From Somniosus microcephalus (taxonomy: Eukaryota): a stretch of 64,000 nucleotides of DNA. Below the pieces are notes generated by a model. It ran no database searches. It worked only from the letters and a program-made list of their open reading frames with translations, and was not told the DNA's origin. Shown here in pieces: positions 22,401 to 35,392 of the stretch (position 1 is its first letter; every line of letters starts with the position of its first letter). The DNA lies in NCBI GenBank assembly GCA_052327205.1, contig CM126224.1, positions 25,606,001 through 25,670,000 on the forward strand. Direction: 5' to 3'. Position numbers and translations under genes: made by a program.

Positions 22401-24821
22401 AACTGAGTGAGTAACCTATGTACACCATACACATGAATGAAAATGCTACATCTTACTGACTGATGACCTGTCATAGGCTAAAAATCAGTGCGTTTAATTG
22501 ACCTGCGTTGAGTATTCTCCGTGATTTGAAAGTTTACTTTTTCTCTTTGGTGTGTACCATTAGTACTCAAGAATATTTCAGCCCATTGTCGGGGACCTGT
22601 GCCCACACTAATAAAACTGCACTGATCCTCTGGTTAAATAATGTTCATGTGTGCAATTTTTATTACCCATTATGCAGGTGACTTTTTTTTGGTTTCTTGA
22701 TAACTTCTGTGTTTTGAGAGCACTGATTTAATTGCTTGTCAATCCCTAGCATCAAAAAGCAGGATTTCTAAGAGCTGCTCTTGTAAAGCAACCTATGAAA
22801 TTGTTGGGTACCTTTTGTTAGCTAAGTGACCTTCCTTAAGTTGACACTGTAAAATTCTCATCTGTTTACTAGTTTCATGACTAGCGACACTGAACTTTCT
22901 GCAAAGTTTTACGTGTTGGAGCAAAATTTTGTAGAAATAATTACTAACTTTGGGCTACTGGAAATTAATTAACATGGTTTTTTTTAGGAAATGGTAATGG
23001 CATTTGTCGTAGTTTATGACCGACTCTTTCAGACTGCACTGTTCAAATTCTGTTTTTAATTGTTAGCCACCAGATTATGGATTTGGCCATCAAAAATTAC
23101 TTAGCTGACCAAAGTTTGGAGCTACTGAAACGGGAAAAATATTTAGACTGGAAATCGGGCAAACTCAAGTTCTTAACCTTCAACGGTAATTTTGGAAGCG
23201 GTTACATAAGTGTGCTGGCATAGAAAGCATTGCATTAATTGTGTATATAAAGTTGCAGAAAATACACAACATAATCACAGTGTGGAGGTATTAAAAATGT
23301 TACAATCCTTCAGCTATACATTTATGAAAAACAGGTGTCTTGGTAAAATGTTACACTATCTTCAGCATGCAAGTAGCTGACAAATCTTTTTCCTTTTAGT
23401 GCTAGATGAAGTGTCATTGCTCAAGAATACTTGGTCCATTATCTTTTGCCTTCAACAATTGATGTGAACTACACTAGATAGAAGTCGAAGATAACTGATC
23501 AAAATGTCCTGAAGTAATCACATCTCAACAGTGAAGCAGAGCAAAACTTTGAAATTGTGGGGAATCCGGAGTGTACAAGTAGACTCCCTCACGTCATTAT
23601 ATGTAGATATACTGAATTATAAGGTTTAAAAAGAGGCTTTTCTAACAAAACCTGCTCTTGGGGTTATTTCTATATAAATATTGGTGCAAAACATTATCGG
23701 GTGTGGTAAATTGTTCTTGAAGATTCTTTGCACAAAAAATCACCTGCATTTTAATGGCAACATTATTAATCACGTATATATTTTTTAATGTTTACATCCA
23801 TAGTTACAATTAATTAAATCATTGAGAGCTTTCCACCATTTTTAATTTGCAGCTCACTGGGATGGATCAGGGTTGGGTGGGTTAATCTTTATGGCACAGA
23901 TCCTTCAAGCAGTGGAGCCTTGAAGGACGAGCAGTTGCCTCACTGAAAGAGTGAAGCATAATTGACGTGGTGATGGCAGAACAGAGGATTCCCACAAGTG
24001 CGTTCATTTCCTAGCATTGCTGCTGACGTGTTTGATCCATTTGTGTTTTTTGGATACCCACTGTGGATTCCCTGTAACTTTGCTGTTTCAAGCGGTGAAT
24101 GGCTTGCCATCAGAGGAGCCCCTAAATACATTTTGATTTGTACATCAAAATAAAAATTGACCTGCACAACAAATCCAAACTCGAAATATATCTGATGTCA
24201 TCACTTCATGCACAGAATGTTTATTCCTACCAGTACTGTCTCCCTTAAAACAAAAAAAGTTATGCATATTTTTCATATAAAAGTTAAAGGTTTTAATATA
24301 TATTAGTACACATTTTCATGAGTTATTTGCCAACTATTGAATGATATATATTTTTTACGTTTTACTACATTACAGGTGCTATATAAATACAAGTTGTTGT
24401 TAAATAGGAACGTTACTCTTTGGGGTAGTGGTCAATAGCAATTAAGGCAAAAGTTTCCTGAAAATACTTTCTGCAAAGCCTCTCCATCTCCTAAATGTTT
24501 CTTTTGCTTAGCTGTACAAATGAATGTGAATGTATCCATATACTGGATAAACTCTCTGAAGGTGGAGTAGACTTTATGAATGCTATCTACCATGGTCCCT
24601 TAGGAATAATAGAAGAAAGAGTATGTTCCGAGTGTGTCCATTTACTGTGGGCCATGCCCTGTAATCTTTGCTCTGAGGATGCAGTTTGTATGGGGATAGT
24701 GGGAGGGCACCATTGTAGAAAAACGTATTTCTGTTAACTCTCAATTAGACTATAAACCTGAGAACTTAATTAAACCTTTCTGTGTTATCTCCGAATTGTA
24801 CTAGATTAGATGAGATGATTT

Positions 24822-25110
24822 TAACTCTGGCCTCTTGAGCATCCCTGATTTTAATCGCTCCACCATTGATGACCGTGCCTTCAGCTGCCGAGACCCCAAG
24901 CTCTGGAATTCCCTCCCTAAACTTCTGCCTCTCTACCTCTCTCCTCCATTAAGTTGCTCCTTAAAACCTACCTCTGACCAAACTTTTGGTCATCTGCCCA
25001 TATTTCTCCTTGTGTGGCTCTGTCAAATGTTTGTTTGATAATCGCTCCTGTGAAGCGCCTTGGGACATTTTACTATGTTAAAGGCGCTATATAAATACAA
25101 GTTGTTGTTG
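24822..25110 (+). mobile_element. L2 3' end
   Basis: ctctggcctcttgagcatccctgattttaatcgctcc...ggcgctatataaatacaagttgttgttg. Confidence 0.88.
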
Positions 25111-26099
25111 AGATCATTTTAAAACACTGAGCTTAAACTATATGCATCGTGCTTAGTTATATTTCTGGGCTTTCGTTATCATTTTATTACCCCCGAATTA
25201 ATATTTTGTATTTTTTTTAATATACCCTAGGTCTGAAGGAAAGGACAAAGAAAGGATCTGTAACTAGCATTGCTATATACGGCAGTTTTATCAACAACAA
25301 CAGCTTCACCAGGGAAAGCAGTAGGGGGTTAATGGAAGTACTGTATCATTGTAGGTTACATGTCTAGTGCCAGAACTTTGGGGGGGGAAGTTTAAATAAA
25401 AAGTGAACAATGCTACCTGATTCCAATGATCTCTTTTCTACAGCACAAGATAAATGTGCAAAGGAAGCAGTTACGGCAGATATTTAATTAGAAGCAGTCA
25501 CGTTGGATAAATCCAAAGAGGCTTGTCTCAGTGGACATGTTCAGGTTTTTGGTTGATAGCTTTCCTGGCAGTCACGGGTGGAAAATGGTTTACTACTTAA
25601 ACAGAAGTGCTGTCCTTAACTACATAGTGGTGAGGAGTGTAGTGTATGATGGAAGGCGACTAATGTGACCCACAGTCGTGGATGAAGAATGCAAATATTG
25701 ATGAACCATTTTCTCTTTCTACATAAAAAGAAATGTTTGTATATAAATAAAATGAGACAAATCATATGTTTTACCAAAACATTATAAAAACATAATGGTT
25801 TGATCTTGTGGTGCAGTAAAATCATCTTGCATCATATTATTTAGAGTGTTTGCTTCAAATATTGCTAGAACAGAACATCTTAATAGTTGGCAAATAGCTC
25901 ATGAGAGTGTGTATTTAATATATATAGTATAGATATATATAGATAAACCTTTAACTTTTATATATAAAAAAAATATGCATAACTTTTTCTGTCGATTCTT
26001 GCTCCACACATCATTGTGGCCAAGGTGGTGGTCAATCAACCGGGCCCTATGCATTTGCTAGTGGTACTTTATAGGTAGCTGTTTGGAGGTGTACAGTTG

Positions 26100-26701
26100 T
26101 GGCCTAGGAAAACTAACACTGATGGGCGCATACGTGGTGTGTACGTGCCCGTAAGGGCCGCGCAAGTTCCGGGTTTAGGCATGCGAAGCTTCTTGACAAA
26201 TCATCCGCATCCCCGGGGAGAGTGGGGCAACTTCTGCCCAGCGAATGCCCGTGAAATTCTTACGGCTGGTAAAAGCAGGCATAAGGCCTGCTTTTACCAG
26301 CATAAGAGTTTGATGGTTTATTTTTATGTTTTTTTAATCATTTATACATTAAAAAACCTGTACAATAAGTTAAGTTTATTTTTAGCCCCTTTTAAATTTA
26401 TTTTTCAAAACAATAAATTTTAGTTTAAAATATTTAATTAAATGGCATTTTAAATACGTAACTTTTTATTTATTTGATGTGTAGATGTATTTTTTGGGTA
26501 TCCCCATTCATTCGTTGGGCTGGCCCATATGATCCCAGGGACGCTTCCAAACCACATGCGCCCCGGGATACGTGGGCCTCTGCCCACGGGTACCCAGAGA
26601 GGCCCAGGCCCGCGAATCTCCAGAACACCAGGTACGTGGGCATTTTATTTGTGAATCCGAGGCATTTCCCCCCGGGAAGCCTCCACCGCAAATTCAGGGC
26701 C
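26100..26701. mobile_element. GGGCC-TIR MITE, inverted paralogue of 46268-46994
   Basis: GC/CpG-rich ends and an AT-rich core. The right end gcaaattcagggcc and internal motifs (gtgtgtacg, ggcatgcgaagc, ctggtaaaagcag, gggcctctgccc) align to the reverse complement of 46268-46994. Confidence 0.8.
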
Positions 26702-27394
26702 TTTCTTTTTTCCCCTCCCCACCCTCCTCCAAAAGTATAATGTAGAAGGACAAAATGATCAGTATAGAGAAAAAAAGTATTGCAGAAAATAATTTAACCA
26801 GTAATAAGGGACATACTGGTATAATGCCAAGGAAGTAGAGCACAATTTGGAGCAATAACAGATGTCTGCTAATTATTTTAGGTATCCTTTGTAAGTGTTG
26901 GTCCGAGAGATAAGGCTTGATGTGCACCCAGATGGCTGGACGCACATCAATTGAGCATGACTGGGGGAGTTATGGGATTGCACACACCACAGTGAGAAAA
27001 TCTGCTTGCCTGTGATGATCTCTGCTGTCCATTAATACCTAAAATCAGTGATTTTTCACCAGTAGATTTTGTTTCCCCCAGTTCCCCAGCATTCATGAAA
27101 ACATTGTCATGCTGAATTTTTTGCATGGTGTTAATATAGTCAAACTATTCTCCACAATAATATTTCTCAATATATTTTGTTACCTTTTTAAAGGATCAAA
27201 AAAAAACTTTACTTGTGTTTCTATAGACTTTTTCACCAAGCAGGTGTTCAGGGATAGCTTTTTTTGCGGAGGTTTAAATGCTTATTTTGACTGTTAATTT
27301 CAGTTTTGTATTAATTGTGTAATACAGTAATACTAAATATCTCAAATTTCAATGAGTTTTCATTTTCTTCTGTTCCAAGCACAATGTTATAGAT

Positions 27395-29650
27395 GAGGAA
27401 GGCCACTCAGCCCATGTAGGGCAGCGAGGACAGGGAGTATTGACGATTGGGACTTGGGGTGGGATAGAATGCAGACAGCAGAGCTTAGGATGAGCTGAAT
27501 TTTGGAGGATGGGAGGCCATTCGGGAGAGCATTGGAACAGTCACGTCTGGAGGTGACAAAAGGCATGTCTGAAGGATTCAGTAGCAGATGGGCTGAGGTA
27601 AGGACAAAGGCAGGTGATGTTAAAGAGGTGGAAATAGGCATCAGTACTGTTTCTCCACCCCCCCCCCTGATTATCAAAATCCACGACAAGGCCTTGGACA
27701 ACGTGGACCAATTTCCATACCTCCGGAGCCTGCTGTCAACAAGGGCAGACGTCGACGACGAAGTCCAACACCGCCTTCAGTGTGCCAGTGCAGCCTTCGG
27801 TCGCCTGAGGAAGAGAGTGTTTGAAGACCAGGACCTCAAACCCGGCACTAAGCTCATGGTCTAGAGAGCAGCAGTGATACCCGCCCTGCTGTATGCCTCG
27901 GAGACATGGACCATGTACAGCAGGCACCTCAAAGCACTGGAGAGGTGCCACCAACGCTGCCGCCACAAGATCCTGCAAATCCATTGGCAGGATAGGCGCA
28001 CCAACGTCCGTGTTCTTGCTCAGGCCAACATCCCCAGCATCGAAGCTTTGACCACGCTCGATCAGCTCCGATGGACGGGTCACATTGTCCGCATGCCCGA
28101 TACGAGACTCCCAAAACAAGCGCTCTACTCTGAGCTCCGGCATGGCAAGAGAGCCCTAGGTGGGCAGAGGAAATGCTTCAAGGACACCGTCAAAGCCTCC
28201 TTGGAAAAAGTGTAACATCCCCATCAACACCTGGGAATCCCTGGCCCAAGACCACACAAAGTGGAGGAGAAGCATCCGGGAAGGCGCCGAACAACTCTAG
28301 TTTCTTCGCCGGGAGCAAGCGCAGGCAGCGCAAGGAGCGCACGTCAACCCAAGCACCCCACCCACCCGCCCTTTCAACCACCGTCTGTCCCATCTGTGAC
28401 AGAGACTGTAGGTCCCGCAATGGACTCATCAGTCACCTGCGAACTCATATTTTTAATGTGGAAGCAAGTCATCCTCTGTTCCGAGGGACTGCCTAAGAAG
28501 TAAGAAGGAAATAGGCAGTCTTTTGTGATGTAAAGAAAATGGTGTTGGAAGCTCAGCTTGGGTTCAAATAGAATGCCAAGTTGTGAGCAACCTGAGACAA
28601 TGGTAAGAGCGGGGATTCGAGTCAGTGTTGAAGCTACAGTGGCTTTGTCTTCCCAGTGTCTAGCTGGAGGAAGTTGCAGTTCCTTCCTCTAAGACTGGAT
28701 GTTGGAGACGCAGTCTGACATCAAAGAAGCAGTGGAGGGGTCAAAAGGGGGAGTGGAAAGGTAGAGCTGGGTGTCATCCGCGTACATGTGAAGGCTGACC
28801 CTATGTATGCGGATGATGTCACCAACGGGCAGTATGTAGATGAGGAAGAGCACGGGGCTAAGGATGGATCCTTGGAGGACTCCAAAGTGGGTGGCGCAGA
28901 GGTGGGAAGAGAAGCCATTGTTAAAGATGTCCTGGCTATAATCGCATAGGTAAAAGTGGAAATAAATGAGCCAAACCCCTCCTCGTCTTCCTGCATGTCC
29001 TCTCCTAAAATCATGTCATCTATGAGATCGGCAGGAGGTGGTGGAATGGGATGAGGTGCTCCAAGTTTGAGAAGTTGCTAGAGGAGATGGGGATAGACCA
29101 AAGTATAACTTGGTGAGAATTATGCCGCTACTGTGGTGGTTTGGGTGGGTAAGGTGGTGGAAAATATATCCAGGTTGAGAGGCTTCAATATGAGGCAAGA
29201 TGTCGCCACCTATGAACTAAGTTTCAGTCAAAGCCAGGCTGTCAATGCAACCGTCCACAGTTAGGTCATGGATAGCAAGAACCTTGTTTTTGGGTGAATA
29301 GAAGGCAGAGGAGTATTGTGGGTTGGGGTAGGGATGGGGACAAAGTAACTGGGGAGAAATTAAGAGACATGGCTAGGTGACAGGACAGGGAAGGAAACAA
29401 GATCAAAAGCATGGGGGAGAAAGAAGTAAAGGGCGTAGGTCTGGAATAGCAGCCAAAATGAACATGCAAATACAGCTTAAGGATCCTGTCCGGCAACGAG
29501 TGATGGAGGAGTTCTGAAAGATGTGGAGCAGAGTCAGTGGCCACAAGAGACCCATCAATGCTCCTTATTAGAAATTTTCTGCCGGCCTTATTACTTAGAG
29601 TAGTAGTAGTAAAAATTGATAAAGTTATGTACTTCAGGTGGTGACACTGA
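27395..29650 (-). mobile_element. Fragmented L2 (ORF2 C-terminus, RT and APE pieces) interrupted by an RTE insertion
   Basis: Minus frames give FVTSRRDCSNALPNGLPSSKIQLI..., an RT-region piece at 28700-28950, and APE-like IDSLALTET...EASQPGYIFHHL at 29100-29260. Confidence 0.75.
27641..28506 (+). mobile_element. RTE-clade (BovB-like) LINE, 5'-truncated, with 11-bp TSD
   Basis: LDNVDQFPYLRSLLS...ASAAFGRLRKRVF...IPALLYASETWT...QLRWTGHIVRMPDTRLPKQALYSEL...CPICDRDCRSRNGLISHLRTH; (AAG)-type tail; ggaaataggca duplicated at 27630-27640 and 28507-28517; in-frame TAG at 27862. Confidence 0.93.
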
Positions 29651-30053
29651 TTTATTCCTGGCAGGACTCGAACTGGCACTGTCCCAGTTTAGCAACGCCC
29701 CACTCTCAAAATAAATGGGATGGTGATGCAAGTGATCCAGTACCCAGGGGTGAATGTTTTCACATTTTTGGCAGGTTTCAATGATTTGCTCCTCTTGAAG
29801 TGAGATACCCTACAGGCTAACATTTCTAAAAGAAAAAGTGGAAGTATGCACTATTCAGTTACTAAAGTTCACTGCTGCACTTTTTTTCAGTATAGACTAG
29901 TGACGTCTACTTGTACAATATTCCCAGCACAGAGTGGGCCTACAGTTATCATGAAGCTTTTACATTTAAATATACATTTTAAGCTTAGAACTGTTTTGTT
30001 CCTTACTACTTGCCACGTTAATCTGTGACTGCAATCTCAAACCAACCTTGAAA

Positions 30054-31505
30054 AACAACAATTTGCTCTTTTATATAGCACTTTTTAATATAATAAAGTA
30101 CGCCACGGTGTTTCATATAGGAGAGAGCAGCCACTGATTACAATTAATAAGGAATGATGATCAAATGCACAGTCGAAAAGACGAGTTTCGAAGAGGCATT
30201 TAAAGGCATGGAACTAAGTAGCATGGTAAAGATGGTTTATGGAAAATGTGGATTTTGTGGAGGCTGACGAGGAGGGTGTTGGCGAAGGTGAGCCTCGAGG
30301 TAACAAAAGTATGGGTAAGTGTTTTAGTGGTAGGGGTGACTAAGGGTGGAGGTGGGCAGTGTGCAGGTAAAAGTAAGTAGTCTTTATGAAAGGTAGGACA
30401 CGGAGTTCTAAACTCAGCTTGCAGTCAAACAGTTGGAGAGGCGATGGAATCGGAACAGCGTTACAAAAGTTGTTGGTACGAACCAAATAAGATGAGTTTG
30501 ATTTTCTCAATAATTCATTGGGCAATATAATCATAGGATACAGCACAGAAGGAGGCCATTCGGCCCATCGTGTCTGTGCGGGCTCTTTGAAAGAGCTATG
30601 CAACTAATCCCACTCCCTACTCTTTTCCCCACAGCCCTGTAAATTTTTTCCCTTCAAGTATTTATCCAGTTCCCTTTTGAAAGTTACTATTGAATCTGCT
30701 TCCACCGCCCTTTCAGGCAGTGCATTCCAGATCACAGCAACTCGCTGTATGAAAATTGTTTTTTTCCCTCATGTCGTCTCTAGTTCTTTTGTTAATCATC
30801 TTAAATCTGTGTTCTCTGGTTACCAACCCTTCTGCCACTGGAAACAGTTTCTCATTTACTCTGTCAAAAGCATTCATGATTTTAAATGCCTCTATCAAAT
30901 CTCCTCTGCTCTAAGGAGAACAACCCCAACTTCTCCAGTCTCTCCACATAACTGAAGACCCTCATCCCTGGTACCATTCTATGTCAGATAGGCAGTCTGA
31001 CAACACAGAATTTGTTGCAGAATTGTGAGTTATGGTAGTGGTAGAGCTGGGTATGATTGGCACACATATGGAAACTGACACCTTCCCTGCAGGTAATGTC
31101 TTTGAGGGGGCAGCATACAAATGAACAAAAGGACAGGGTAGGTGGCAGGGGGTTGCTAAGCATGTAATCTTGTGGCAGTTTACGGGTGACTGTGCAGGGG
31201 CTAGAAATTTGCTGGTGACAGACAAGTAGGAGTGTAACCATGAGAGTGGAAGTGGAGGAGAATGGCGTAGTCGGCCATGTTGACTGGCCTAGAGCATTGA
31301 AGGAGAAAATGGGTCATGGTCACAGTAGCAGAGGATGTCATTGGTGATTTTTTTTTTCCTAGGGCAGTCTCTGAGCCAGATGGCCTTGACGTGTTAAAGG
31401 ATCGTGAAGCGGAGTGCAAGTTTTTGATATAGAACAGTACTTGAAGCAGACAGATGGGTCAAAAGTGTTTTGTTTTCAGCAGGTAGTTGATAATGACGGT
31501 TCTGA
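30054..31505 (-). mobile_element. Old L2 fragment interrupted by CR1
   Basis: L2 tail aacaacaatttgctcttttatatagcac at 30054; decayed RT text on both sides of the CR1 (30985-31505). Confidence 0.6.
30530..30978 (-). mobile_element. CR1 3' end
   Basis: Minus ORF IEAFKIMNAFDRVNEKLFPVAEGLVTREHRFKMINKR; 3' UTR motif cagaaggaggccattcggcccatc. Confidence 0.9.
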
Positions 31506-31827
31506 AGGTAGAGAATTTTAAAATTCTCCGTAATGGCCCTTCATGCTGGATGTCAGGGACTCTCGGTATTTCTTGCACCTAACTTTACTCTGGCACAGAT
31601 GTAGGAAATATGTCCTTTGATGTATTGCATGACATCATTTTATGTCTGCATATTATGTGCTCCTCCCCATTGCTGGAATTTATAATGGTAAAAGAAGGGA
31701 TGGGAACTCTATGACCACACATTCCGGCCATGTCCTGCCAGAAAATGCTCCATTCATGGCCCCAAGGCAGTGGAATTTCAGGGCTAACTCATCAAACCAA
31801 ACACATCCCAGAAAATATTTTTAGAAA

Positions 31828-32037
31828 GTTGAGGTGCTGTTCCTCGAGCTTACGTTGAGCTTCATTGCAACAGTGTAAGAGGCCGAGGACAGAGATCAGA
31901 GTGGGAGTGAAGCGGAGAATTAAAGTGACTGGCGGACTGAACGGAGGTGTTCTGCAAAGCGGTCGCCCAATCTGCGTTTGGTCTCCCCAATGTAGAGGAG
32001 ACCACATCGTGAGCAGCGAATACAGTATACTAAATTG
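31828..32037 (-). mobile_element. Penelope-like element GIY-YIG endonuclease fragment
   Basis: The reverse complement translates NLVYCIRCSRCGLLYIGETKRRLGDRFAEHLRSVR ... ISVLGLLHCCNEAQRKLEEQHL. Confidence 0.9.
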
Positions 32038-32576
32038 CTCACTATGCGGTGTGGCTTGTTGAAAGTTGCTCAGAATTTGAGATTTTCTGCAGATTTACAG
32101 CACCTGACCTGGCCTTATTCGTTTGAAAATCCTAAACCTCACTTGGGAGGCCGATATACTTTCAAATATGTGTAGCTAACCTTAACATGGTTTTATCCCT
32201 AAGAAAGGGAATGGCCTTATCTCTAATAAGCAACTAAACATGGAATAAAGAGCCAGCAAGCTGTTTGGAGACTGTTATAATTTCTTTGAACCATTGGGAA
32301 TGGGTTGGAAAATATGTCTCAAGATACTCTAAGAAATCTAAATGATCACTGTAAAGTGTTGGGTTTGTGTTGGTCAGGTACCCTGCATATGATGTAAGCT
32401 TTTAAATGTAGGTATCTGCTATAAACATTGGTAGCCTGCATATCTCAGATAGATCAGTCTTTGGTGCAGAGGTTCAATAACGAGGTTTTCCTCACACATT
32501 TCATCTTTTTATATCGTAAAGAAAATTAATTTGTGTAAATATTTAATGTACATTGCCCCCCCGCCACCTAAATCTA

Positions 32577-32734
32577 GGGGGCGGAACTTTTAACTTTGGT
32601 GGGAGGTGTAAAATGGCCAGTAACGGAGTGGCTGCCCGTTATACATCCCGCCCGGTTTTCCTCTCCATTGAAGGCAGGCAATTTACCAATGGCCGTTTAC
32701 GCCCCCTTTCCCACCAAAGTTGAAAGCTCCGCCC
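32577..32734. mobile_element. Short MITE
   Basis: TIRs gggcggaacttttaactttggtggga / tcccaccaaagttgaaagctccgccc. Confidence 0.8.
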
Positions 32735-34404
32735 TATGTGTACAATATTATGTTGGATTCTTATGCTGCTGTGATGCATATATATTGAGCTTTTATGACC
32801 AGTTTAAATGGCATCTTCTATTCTAACAAATGTGCTAAGAGTTTATTTTAAATGTCAGGCAATCCGCAGATTTATGAAGAATTGTTGCATTATGAATAAA
32901 GACAGTTCTGTATGTAAGCCAGCTTTTTCAGAGACATGATCTGTATTTTCCATAGTCATGAACAGGCTAATAATCAACTCTGCCGTTGCTCCAAACATGA
33001 CTGATGCTTTATACCATCAGTTTTAACTTAAAACATCTGCTTTATATAAACATAAAGGGTTCTATCTTCTATATGTTTTTAATTTACAAAAGTATATCCT
33101 TTTTTTATTGGAAGAATACTTTAATTTGAAGAGTATTGCTTTTAAAGTATCAAATGGCAAACCTACACAACATTCACTTTTATACTCCCCTATCCTCCCA
33201 TGGTACATCGAAGACCACCATCCACATACCGCTAACCTCAAACAAATTCTTCAATAACTCCGTTTACAACATTTAAACAATTTAGTGTGAATTTGTGACC
33301 AAATCTACCAATATTACAGTAAATATTTACTTAAACCAGTACGTGCAATTGAAAATTGAAGGCACGTGCAATCTATATTGTAAGGAGGAGAGGAACGGTG
33401 GAAAATTTATTCTTTACAAAAGAAAGAGAAAAGATTAAATGAGGAAGAGATACTGAAGGCATATGTGAGGATAGGTTTAGATTGATCAGATAGCCTGTAG
33501 ATATTCACTGTCGAGGCTCACTGGTCACTTGGGAAAGGTATCTAAGGGTATTCAGCACCCATGGAATCTTGCCCGAGGTAAGGGCCTGCACCCTCCGGAG
33601 GGAAGGAGAGAAAGTTGGCAAAGAAAATTGAGGGGGAAAAAAATTCCATTTACAGCAATACTTTGAGTGACTTCCATTAGGTCACTCCTGATATCAGTCA
33701 GTGCTTATACTGCTGCAAACCTGGAATCCTTGAAATCCAATTGTGTAAGGGTGCTAGTGGATGACCTTTAGGTTATCTACCATTCTTTGTGCCTGGAGAC
33801 GTAGGCAATAATCAAAGCTTTATCTGTGGTGTTAAATTACATCCCTGTACACGTTCCACCAAAATTTGTAGCTAGAGGGGTGAGTTCTCCTAGCAATATG
33901 AGAGGTTATACTGCTAGAGTTCTTCCTAAGTGGAGTTGGTTTTGGCTGTACTCTGGTATGGATGTATTTTTTTAGACTGGAACAAAGGAATTGAAACACT
34001 GTTTAAGAACTGGAGGTAAACAAAACCGACTACAAGAAAGTTTTTTTTTTAAATGTGCAGGTTTATTTATTTTTGACAGTCATTTTTCCTGGTGAAAGAT
34101 TACCAGAATTGTAGGGAAGGTAAAAGTGAGTCGGATTTAATATTTTGTTTTATTGGTGATGGTTGTTTTTTTTTAAACCAATCTGTCAAATGAATAACCT
34201 GCACAGCCAAAATGTTCCTCCTTTAGTTCAACATGACGGGGTAGGGGGCGAAATCGGTCTGGCGTGAGGTTTAATCTGGCATGGCGAGGTCACTGTTATG
34301 TCATTTGGTTTTACTTGTATTGGTACTCACTGATGAAGATGATTTTTCTTTAAAATAGCAAATTTTAGAAATGTGACTCAGCAAAGCAGGATTGTATGTT
34401 AAAG

Positions 34405-34860
34405 TGCAGTAGTGATTGTTGCATTGCTGTGCAGCGCTCCACCTCATGACCATCTGTTGGACTTCTGTTTTATCCTGACTCTCAATTATGACACGCACAC
34501 CTGCTTCGTGTTTGGTTTTTCTTCTTGAAGTCTTGCTTTTGTTTTTCTTCTACAGCAGCACGCCGTCTTTCTTCCTTTAGTTTATGTTCTTCAATTTTCT
34601 TCTTGTATTCTTTGTTATTTTTCCTAATGCTGTCGTGCTTTTTACCTCTTTCAAGCAACAGTTGATCATTTGTGCCCAGCTGCTTTTGTCGTTCCTCGGC
34701 GAGCGGTGTTTCTTGCAAACATGAACAGGAAGATCTTGTTTGGTTCCAGAGTTTGCACTTTGTTCAGAAGTGGCAAAAGTTGTGCGACTCTTGACTGGCT
34801 ATTTGACTATTTTGTCCTCCACGAGCACTTGTACCTCAGAAGCACCCTCGTCCCCCTCCA
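34405..34860 (-). pseudogene. Decayed processed (intronless) MAP7/ensconsin-family retrocopy, N-terminal region and coiled coil
   Basis: The minus strand, read across frameshifts and stops, gives SRTTFATSEQSANSGTKQDLPVHV ... EERQKQLGTNDQLLLERGK-ARQH*EK* ... KKKIEEHKLKEERRRAAVEEKQKQ-LQEEK ... HEAGVR ... QKSNRWS*GGALHSN. This is colinear with MAP7 (EEREKQLAAREIVWLEREERARQHYEKH...KEERRRAAVEEKRRQRLEEDKERHEAVVRR...NRWSWGGSLH). No introns are present. Confidence 0.85.
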
Positions 34861-35061
34861 CTGGGGATGTGACTCCTACCGTCATTGCCATTGACATCAG
34901 CAATCAGCATGCCAAGATCTTCCAAAAGCTGTAAATACGATTGACATTCTCTCTTTTTGGAGCCAGAACTAGTAATTTGCCCATCTTTTAAGAATGAGGC
35001 TTTTGTCGGCTGTGTTGCTTTTTGGACCCCGGAGGCTGTCGTTCAGCATTTGGTTGCCATG

Positions 35062-35392
35062 TACAGGAAACTTTGTGCTATCCGGGACCGAGCTGCTGCC
35101 GTTCCCTCAAAACTGCCGGACACTCCAGAGCTAATGTTGAAACATACGGAGATTTTCATCTCCGTATGAATCAACAAACCCTGTTGCTTAGCAACAGCCT
35201 CTAAACAGTCGGCAAGCGTCTCTGTAGCGTCTCTAGCTGAAGCTGTTGCTTAGCTACAGACGTTGCAGAGCTTGACTGTTCAAAAAAAAAGCTAAGAAAA
35301 GAAACGAAAAGAATAAAAAACAGCTCCTGATTTTTGCCGGTGGCTCGAGCTTGCCGGACGGTTCGCCTCCGGATAACACACAGTTTCCTGTA
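35062..35392 (+). mobile_element. Tc1/mariner-pogo-type MITE, copy 2
   Basis: TA|CAGGAAACT ... AGTTTCCTG|TA; colinear with 18778-19129. Confidence 0.92.
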
